Shown: piece by piece, positions 54,578 through 64,000 of the stretch | Layout of the letters: each line of letters opens with the position of its first letter | Numbering within the stretch: the first letter of the stretch is position 1 | Assembly: GCF_006345805.1 (NCBI RefSeq) | Contig: NW_021831866.1 | Span: 687-64,686, forward strand | Source of the DNA: Octopus sinensis | Lineage: Eukaryota | Length of the DNA stretch: 64,000 nucleotides | Direction: 5' to 3' | Program-made: the position numbers and the translations under genes | Notes under the pieces: model-generated | The model's database searches: none | The model's input: the letters and a program-made list of their open reading frames with translations, nothing else | What the model was told of the DNA's origin: nothing

Positions 54578-55921
54578 AATATATATGTACAACTGTATGT
54601 GTGTATGTGTATGTTGTGTATACGTGTATAGATTTATACGGTGTATGCTTGTATATCAACAATCAGTCAGGAAATCTAGCTGACATAGAACATGTCTACC
54701 CAGCAACATCCACCCCACCCACCCCGCAAAATACAACAGCAAAAATAAAATGAAAAAAAAAATGAAAGAAAGAAAACTGAGAAAAAACAGCACAAAGCAG
54801 AGTGTTATGTCAATATTGAACGCTGTTTAGAAAATCGAGTTATGACACCGACATATATATACACATAGATATACATACATTCCCATACACAAAATATGTA
54901 TACATTTACACACACACACACACAGTCTTCCATATATATGTGCGTTTGTGTGTATATGGTCGTGCATGTGATCATGTATGCGTGTATATATATATATATA
55001 TATATATATAGCATATACACCCGATATATGAATTATATACATACACATACACACATATAATTCATGTATAAAGTGTATATGCTCTCTCTCCCCACCATAT
55101 ATATATATATGCATAAATATATATATATGCATATATATATATATAATATATAATATATATATATGCTATATATATATGCATATATATATATATATATATG
55201 CATATATATATAAATGCATATATATATATGCATATATATATATACATACATACATACATATATATAATTCAAGTATAAAGAGTATATGCTCTTTCTCCCT
55301 CATATATATATACACACACACGTATTTTTGTTTTATATAAAGTATTTATACTGATTTATATATGTGTATATATATATTAATATATATTGTATATGTGTGT
55401 GTGATGTTTGACTAATTTTTTAAGTACACGTGAAATTAATTGTTATCAATGGACGTTGATAGTTACTTATATAATATACACACAAGCATATATACACCTT
55501 CACGATCAACATGTATATATATATGTACACACACATAACTGAGAATGCTTTCTACGCTTGAAACCAGACGTGGTTGCTTACATGACACACACACACACAC
55601 ACACACGATTGCTTGTCATATATGTTTGTGTATAGAGAAACATATACACTCTCTCACACATACATATATATGTATATATTTACATTTATAACTATCTTGA
55701 TCACTTTTCAACAGACATATGTATAAACAAGCCTTTGTATGTTGCATGTATATCAACGTTTGTCTGTGGTGTATGTATCATGTATATATCGTGCGTATAC
55801 ACACGTGCGTATATATATACACGCACGACAACATAGACACACGTCTGAAAACCTATAACCATATACATACATAAAATTTAAGCAATGCACAGAACTCATA
55901 CATACAAAAGCACTATGTTCA

Positions 55922-56760
55922 TTGCTATGATGATTCGGTGTCTGACTGAAGATTGAAGGCTTCGAATGATTTGTCTGTGTTCCGTGTTCGTCCCTTCCTG
56001 TATTTCACGTTCATTATATTAAAAACATTCATTCTTATATTATTGCGGCGTTACGTGCACCCCCCCCCCGTTTGTTTGTCCAATTTTAAACCCTGCACGA
56101 CTTCTATAACACTGTCTTTTACTACCCGCCATTGCTTCTTCACCAAACTTTTTGGCGCCCTCCGATTCTTCCCCTCTCTTCCTCCCATCCTCCTCCCTCT
56201 TCCTCCCATCCTCCTAATCCCTTCTTCTCTTTCTCCTTTCTCTTGGTCACTGATTCTGTCCCCTGCCTTCCACCCTCTTTGATTCCCTCTCTCTCTGTCT
56301 CTCTTTCCTCTCTCCTGCGACCTGCTGCTTCTTCAACCATTCTGTTGGCCTTCGTATCTCGACCAACATGTGTCCCCGCTACCGAAACGGTAATTATTTC
56401 TACGCCAGCTGCTATGTTGTTGTTGTTTTGTCTCATTTGGTCTAAAGTCGTATGACAACCACCGTTATATATATTTTGTTTATTCATTACTGTTTTCAAT
56501 TTCGTTTTCGTCTCTTGTATTCACATCCGTCTTGTGCGTTCACATTCCTGTCTTCTACCAAGAAATCTAATGCTTACAGCTTAGTTTTTTTTCTTGGGGC
56601 TGGCCGAGTTGGAGCAAATATCAGAATTGAACAGCCGAAATTTGCTATGATGATTCGGTGTCTGACTGAAGATTGAAGGCTTCGAATTATTTGTCTGTGT
56701 TCCGTGTTCGTCCCTTCCTGTATTTCACGTTCATTATATATAAAAACATTCATTATTATA
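55922..56760. repeat. ~115-bp near-identical direct repeats 720 bp apart
   Basis: TTGCTATGATGATTCGGTGTCTGACTGAAGATTGAAGGCTTCGAAT..TTTCACGTTCATTATAT at 55922 and 56642. Confidence 0.9.
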
Positions 56761-58036
56761 TATATATATACATACATACACACACATACGCACACACATA
56801 TATATATATATATAGAGAGAGAGACATATATATATATGTGTGGGCATATAAATGTGATTGTATGTATATAGATATATGTGTTTTTGTATATAAATGTATA
56901 TTTGTGCATGGGTGCATATACATGTGTATGTATATTTGTATGTAAATATATATATATATGCATATATGTACACACGCACACACACGTGTGTGTATGTGTG
57001 TGTGTATATATACGTATATACGTTGTTTGCAGATGAATGCATATACATATATACATTCAGTGTTGAATTGTTATTTCCTTTATACAATAAATACACCAAT
57101 CAGATATTTTTTTGAAAGCCTCAAGTATATATTATAAACAGTCTATATTTGCTTATAGTGTGTTTAATCAGCGTTTAAGGTCGAGGCTTTTGGCGCCTGG
57201 TATGCTATGAAGCCTGTGATATTTTTAAGATATATTTTATAACCTCTTTCCTTTTAACAACCGATCAGGCGTTTGATTTTAATTGTGACCTTATTCATAT
57301 CCAACCAATATATGCGTGTTTATTGTATCTATGGATATGTCTTCCTATGAGTTTAACTCTTATCTTATTCCTCGTTGATATTGTGCTATTAGATATTCTA
57401 TGGTATTATATCTTCGTTCGGTTTCATGCTATTTTTGTTATAGTTATAATGTAGTCATGGGCAAACTCTGTCCCGTCGGACTCTCTGAATGGTATGCCTA
57501 ACGGAAACTTAACTTGGATATTTGCGGGTCTCATGCAGCCCGCTTCTCGGAAAAAGTTGTCATTGTTTGGTTTAGAGTACTACTTCTTAAAAAAAATCTT
57601 TTACTTGTTTCAGCTATTTGACTGCGGCCATGCTGGGGCACCACCTTGAAGGATTTTAGTTCGAACAAATCAAGGCCAGTACTACATTTTTTTTTGCTAA
57701 ACCCGTCTTGTAGTTATTCTATCATTCCCTTTTACCGAGCCGCTAAGTTATGGAGACAAACGAACTAATAGCAGTCAAGCGTAGCGGGCGACTGACATAC
57801 ACATACTCCGCGAACAGGGGTATTCAGAGGTCGACACATACACACACACACGCTGGCTATTCAGTGGTCGGCAGTTCTCAAGCACCATAATCTGAGATTT
57901 ATGGGATTAATTCTGAGGATTACTCTGTTGGCTCACTTATCAGCAGTCTTCTACTCCTGTGCATACATACAGCATATATATATAAATATATAATCATATA
58001 TATTTGCGTATCTATCTATCTATCTATCTATCTATA

Positions 58037-58076
<40 letters not shown>

Positions 58077-58247
58077 TAGATATTATTTGTGTCAACATTC
58101 ATGTAACATCTATTATATAACAACGTTATGAAACAGCTGTAAACGAATGAAATGAACATCTGTACTCTTTCACCTCATTTCTCTTATCTGTTTTCTATCT
58201 CTATCTCTGTCTCTCTCACAAAATATATATAATTGTTATTTAATTCT

Positions 58248-58628
58248 TTTTCTTTGCTTCAGTCATTTGACGGCGGCCATGCTGGAGCACAGCATTGAAG
58301 GATTTTAATCGAACAAATCGATGTCAGGGCTTCTTTTTTAAGCCCAGTATTTATTCGATAGGTCTCTTGCCGAACTGCTAAGTTACAGGGATGTAAACAC
58401 ATTTACACCGGTTGTCAAACGGTGATGGGGGGCAATTGCGGACACACAAAGACACAGCCACATAGATACATTACACACACACACACATATATATGTACAC
58501 TACGGGCTTCTTTCAGTTTCCGTCTACAAACTGTAGTAGAAGACAGTTGTCCAAGGTGCCACACAGTGAGACTGAACTCAGAACTTTGTAGCTGGGAACA
58601 ATCTTCTTGTCACACAACCACGTCTGCG

Positions 58629-58629
<1 letters not shown>
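58248..58629 (-). mobile_element. SINE family A
   Basis: Reverse complement of the family A consensus. Confidence 0.8.
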
Positions 58630-58705
<76 letters not shown>

Positions 58706-59130
58706 GTGGTGCGTGTGTGTGTGAATATGTACGTATCCGTATCTCGGAAAAACTAGAGGCTTTTGCTAAACTATAAAGCTAATAGCAGCTTGAGAAAAAA
58801 TTCCGAATATTCATTCTATTCAGCTTCCATTTGCTCTTTGTTTTCGTGGACCTCAAAACCCCAACCAATCTACCATGTTCTACATCACATAACTGACACA
58901 CCCTCCCCATCCACGGGACAACCATCACCACAATCATCATCATCATCATCACAACCACCATCAGCACTACCACCTGCTATAGCGCCATCACAGAAACTAT
59001 ACTCTTCTTAACCTTTCTTACATCTTACACACACACACACAAACAAATATACTGACACAAATACACACACACGCAATAACCCTCCACAACCTCCCCCCAC
59101 ACCTCACAGAAACTTACACAGTCTATGGGT

Positions 59131-59289
59131 GCAGACGTGGCTGTGTGTTAAGAAGCTTGCTTCCAAAGTACAAGGTCCCGGGTTCCGTCCCACTGCGTGG
59201 CACCTTGGGCAAGTATATTCTACTATAGTTTCGAGCCAACCAAAGTCCTGAGAGTGGATTTGGTAGATGGAAACTAAAAAATACCCATC

Positions 59290-59349
<60 letters not shown>

Positions 59350-59553
59350 ATATCTTTGTGTTTATCTCTACAATCGCTTGATAGCTGGTGATGGTTTGTT
59401 TACGTCCATGTAACTTGATGGTTCGGCAAAAATAATAAAAAAAAACGATAGAATAAGTACACGGCTTAAAAAATACTAGGGGATTCATTCGACTAAAATA
59501 TTTTTAAGGTGGTGCTCCAGCATGGCCGCTGTTTAATGATTGAAACAAATAAA
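59131..59553 (+). mobile_element. SINE family A
   Basis: GCAGACGTGGCTGTGTGTTAAG..CACCTTGGGCAAG..CCAGCATGGCCGC. Confidence 0.85.
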
Positions 59554-59740
59554 CCGTAAAACAATCACCACCCCAACAATAGTCTACCCCAAATTCACAA
59601 GCACACGTGCATATATCTTTGAAGACCGCGCCAATATAGGGACCTCATGAATCCACAGAACAGGAATCCTTGTACCCAGTGCGTCGCGTGGCTTCTAGAG
59701 CAACTTTTTGCTTCGAGGCACCATCCTTTCAATCAAAATT

Positions 59741-60047
59741 CATTATTTACATTTGACGTATATTTGTCCTCATATGGTGTAGGGGTTAAGAGCGCGGGCT
59801 ACTAACCCCAAGATTCCAAGTTCGATTCCAGGCAGTGGCCTGAATAATAATAAAAATAATAACAACATCGAAAAATACTTTAGGAATGAGAACCCAGGTT
59901 CGAAATTTTCCCAAGACACCTGATGAAGGCTGGAGAGTATATCAGCCCAAAATTTGTGTTAACAACAAACAAGATGAGGACAAATATCCGTCACTTGTAA
60001 ATAATGTAAATAATGTACATAATTTCTCATCTCTTAAATATAGAACT
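59741..60047 (+). mobile_element. HHR-tailed tRNA SINE, full head, with an inverted tail fragment at the 5' end
   Basis: Head GGTGTAGGGGTTAAGAGCGCGGG..AAGTTCGATTCC; 59741-59773 is the reverse complement of its own tail; the HHR at 59915-59960 has GAAAC mutated to CAAAA. Confidence 0.85.
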
Positions 60048-60329
60048 CTAAAATTCATAATGTATACACCTTGTATTCATAGCTATATTTTACTTTATTC
60101 TATCTGAAGTTCAATATTTCACGTTATCCTAAAGAACATCTTTTAAAGTACAACAAGTTAAATATATTTAGGTCTATTACAACTTTCAATAAGTAAAACT
60201 TCCATATATGAGAGTAATAAGGACCAGAGTACACAAAGCCCCATTTAAGTAGGAATGTTCTTTACAAGAACCTTTGCAGGTACAATGGATTACTATTTTA
60301 TTTCTTGAAATTTTCAGTTAACATGGATA

Positions 60330-60686
60330 CTCTTTTACTCTATTACTTGTTTCAGTCATTTGACTGTGCTGGAGCACCGCCTCTAGTCGAGCAAATCGAC
60401 CCAGGACTTATTCTTTGTAAGCCCAGTACTTATTCTATCGGTCTCTTTTGCCGAACCGCTAAGTTACGGGGACGTAAACACACCAGCATCGGTTGTCAAG
60501 CGATGTTGCGGGACAAACATAAACACACACACACACACACACACGACGAGCTTCTTTCAGTTTCCGTCTACCAAATCCACTCACAAGGCTTTGGTCGGCC
60601 CGAGGCAATAGTAGAAGACACTTGCACAAGTGAACCCGGGACCATGTGGTTGGTAAGCAAGCTACTTACCACACAACCACTCCTAC
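60330..60686 (-). mobile_element. SINE family A
   Basis: Reverse complement of the family A consensus. Confidence 0.9.
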
Positions 60687-60904
60687 GGATAGTTTAATTC
60701 TTGTTGAACATCTTAACCAAAGTAAATAGATGACTCACCTACGTACTTTGAGCTTAACATGGGGCCCCTCAACTGCGGAGGCCCCCTGCAACCGCAGGGG
60801 CTTAGCGACGGACTGCCTTGTAAACACACACATACGCTTACACACATTGTATATGTACTTACGCAAATACACATGGAGATAAGGAAACTTGTACTCGTAC
60901 AGTG

Positions 60905-61745
60905 GCTCCTCCTCCCCCCTCCTCCTCCTACTACCATCGCCACCACCACCACCACGAACATTGCCACGACCATCACCACCTGTTAACAAATGTCCCTGTC
61001 ATTCATCCTAACCAGGTATACACACACGCTGAAGATTCACCTCAGTGCGAAACAATCTCATATAATCACACACACACACACACATTCGTTTACATATACG
61101 CCGGAACGCAAATAAACGCCCACACAGCAACTGCCAATGGCTCCTCCGTCAACACCACCAGTACTACGTCACAAACCACTATCACCGCCACTACCAATCC
61201 CATAAACACAACTACTACTACAACTACTACTACTACTTCTACTACTACTACCGCCCACATTACTACTACCACCACCGCCGCCACCAACATAATCAAGAAC
61301 TTTATAATAACCGCCATCATTGCATGACCATCATCACCATCATCATCAGCAATAGCATCATCATTAACATCACTCCAACATAATGGCATCACTATAATCA
61401 TCATCATCATCTCCAAAACCACCACCACCACCAATTACTATCACAGCTACTACTGTCACTACAACCTACACCCAAGCCAAAATCTCTGCCAACACCACCA
61501 CCACCAGAATGTCCACCACCAAGCATCCCCCTCGTCCCACCATCACCATTAAAACTCCCCTACTATCGCTCCTCTACTACTACAACCACTACCACCACCA
61601 AAACTACAACCGCCGCTTCGTTAACCATAATCGTCACCACCTTCACCACCGCCTCTATCACCATAATTACTAGCACCGAGCCCCGCCATCATCACCGCTG
61701 TAACCACCACCACCACCACCACCAACGCCGTCGCCGCCCATACTA
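60905..61745. repeat. Degenerate (ACC/ACT/CAT)n trinucleotide-rich tract
   Basis: Visible in the sequence. Confidence 0.9.
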
Positions 61746-62110
61746 CAAAATCTTCAAGGTAGAGTACAATATGGTATCCGAGCCAAATCACTTGTAGCTT
61801 TTTATTAAAAGCCGACCTTTAAATTAAGTTAGTTGCACCATGAAATTGTTAACACAGTGTTTCCAATTACCTCCCTTGGATTCCACCTCCCACCACGTGA
61901 CCAAGTAAAAGCAGGTTTTTGCCAGCATTAATTCGCCGGATTCTTCTCTCCAACTGCAGAACCGTTCAAAGGTTACAACTGACCGCGAGTGCTTATTTAC
62001 ACAACTTCGAACAGAATATCACATATTTTAGTTAATTATTTTATTTTATTATTTCTCCGTTCTTAATATTTTTTAAATAATTTTTTGCATGTTGTATTTC
62101 GTCTTTGTCA

Positions 62111-62157
<47 letters not shown>

Positions 62158-62569
62158 TATTATTATTATTCTTTCTCGCTTATTTCAGAGGTTGGAAATA
62201 GGAATGGTGTATAGGTGAGATGCGATGTGGTGTGGCGAATTGTGGTTATTAGTGGCGTTACTGGCCGGAGGATTTTGATGGTTTCAAGATCCGTTTAGTT
62301 CCGGGCATACAAAAACAAAAAAAAAAATGAAAAAAAGAAAAATGTAGAAAAAATAGATAATGCTATCTGCATTATTGTGTGCGTGTGTATGTGTTCACCC
62401 CCACACTCATGAATGTACACAGATATATATATATATATATATATAATATATATAGACACTAACAGACACATACACACACACATATATATATATAATATAG
62501 ACACTGACACATATATATGTATCTATACATAGACACACACACATATATATATATAGATACACTCACATC

Positions 62570-62610
<41 letters not shown>

Positions 62611-62809
62611 CACACGCGCGCGCGCACACACACAATGCGCATATTCATATATATATACACAAACGTATATGTCTGTGTATAATGTGTGTGTATGTGTTTG
62701 TGTGTGTGTGTGTAGGCGTGTGTGTACAAGTGGTTATTGTCTTAATATAGTTTAACCAACATATGTTCATGTCTATTATACATAGAGACGCTTGTGGGTG
62801 TGGGTATAA

Positions 62810-62855
<46 letters not shown>

Positions 62856-63409
62856 CACACATATATTTATATATAAATATGCACATACACACATACATAT
62901 AAATATAATATAAATGCGCGTGTAAAGTCTTCTAGTGGTTAGATGTGGAGTTGAAAGGCGTTAGGTCGGGAGATCGGTTCTCACGTCCTCGAGCAAGGCA
63001 CCTCATTCTACGTCGCTCATGTAATGTAGAAGGCTGAAAATAAATACCACCAGTAGCGATGGGGTGTAGACCATGTGACGGAGACCGCACAACTATTTTG
63101 TCCCTATTTAACAGGGCCACGAAATAAATAAAATAACTCCTAAAACAGTAATTCGGTCATTCCTTTTTGGGGTTTGAAGTGAAAGTTTGCTACAAAATAT
63201 ATTTTGTGCAGTACCAAAAGTTGGTCACCTCAAGGTTCAGTCCTTATTGCGATGTTGTGGTTTGCATACCTCAATAACTGAAAACAGTACCAGAGGTGTG
63301 CAAAGTAGCTGTAGGATCTTCCTTGCTCGATAGATGATACAACAGAGGCCACACTAATATTGGTCATCACATTCTAAAAGTAAAAATTTGTTTGTGTAGG
63401 TCCAGCAGC

Positions 63410-63740
63410 CCTATATAGCAACATTTCGTCCCGTTTTCATATTCTGAGTTCAATTTCTGCCAAAGTCGACTTTGCCTTTCATCATTTCGGGGTCGATAAA
63501 ATGAATACCAGCTGAACACTGAAGTCGATCTTGCTGGTCTTGTACCGAAATTTGATACCATTATTCAAGAAAGATCTGGCGGCGAACTGACCGTTTGTGT
63601 GCCGGACAGAATGCTTAGCAATTAATCCGTTCTTTACATTTTTGAGCTCAAATTCCGCAAAGGTCGACTTTGCCCTTTATCGTATAGAGATCGATAAAAT
63701 AAGTACCAGTTGAGAACTGCAGTCGATGTAATCGAGATAC
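63410..63740 (+). mobile_element. Two decayed SINE family B copies
   Basis: GTCGACTTTGCCTTTCATCATTTCGGGGTCGATAAAATGAATACCAG, with a second copy at about 63660-63730. Confidence 0.7.
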
Positions 63741-64000
63741 TCCTTGACCACAACCACATAGAAAAAACAAAAAGCAACAAAATAAAAATTCCAGGCTTTG
63801 TGTTTATAGTAGAAAAGATTATTAAACAGAGATTGTTGGTGTTTTCAGTAAAAAGCACAATTCCACATTCTGGTTGTCTCTATTTTCAGATCTTTATATT
63901 TGGAGAGCTCCATTTCTTTCTAGAAATACAGTACATTATACATAGATAGAACTGATATAACGATTCGTAGACAATTCATACATTTCTACATTTCTTTATT

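Noticed and set aside
55947-55980. CUGAAGA..CUUC-GAAU as a functional hammerhead
   Set aside because: GAAU replaces GAAA and no stem I can be formed.
53518-57570. hAT-type MITE termini (about 11081, 48241, 53518, 57453, 60761-60814)
   Set aside because: Single TIR-like ends only; I could not pair them with 8-bp TSDs, so they are not annotated as elements.
61772-61784. TGGTATCCGAGCC resembling a tRNA-iMet primer-binding site
   Set aside because: It matches the plant-type PBS rather than the animal one, and no LTR pair or gag/pol is nearby; probably chance.

Overview
Eukaryotic, AT-rich, repeat-saturated non-coding DNA. The mix of (TA)n/(CA)n/(TATC)n/(ATT)n microsatellites, several tRNA-headed SINE families and Helitron/Tc1-mariner/piggyBac debris resembles an octopus genome, most likely intronic or intergenic; this is inference from the repeat landscape only. 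I could not support any intact host gene, and nearly all ORFs in the supplied track are translated microsatellites. Recognisable protein remnants are all transposon-derived: Tc1 (272-642), Helitron PIF1 helicase (about 990-1125 and 3732-4270), mariner (15572-16400), two DD37D-like Tc1/mariner remnants (29313-30464, 41380-41714) and a probable Penelope-like GIY-YIG remnant (about 50580-50910). The most notable signal is a set of minimal type I hammerhead ribozyme (HHR) motifs, folded by eye, from at least five unrelated repeat families. About six copies have all or nearly all core and stem features (12256+, 19790-, 27429+, 38722-, 43190-, 46143-); several more are decayed. Most have a palindromic helix III. 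One family is a tRNA-headed SINE with an HHR in its tail. Many HHR copies sit in fold-back (inverted) structures, as expected for Penelope-like-element mobilisation. Ribozyme activity and novelty are untested.
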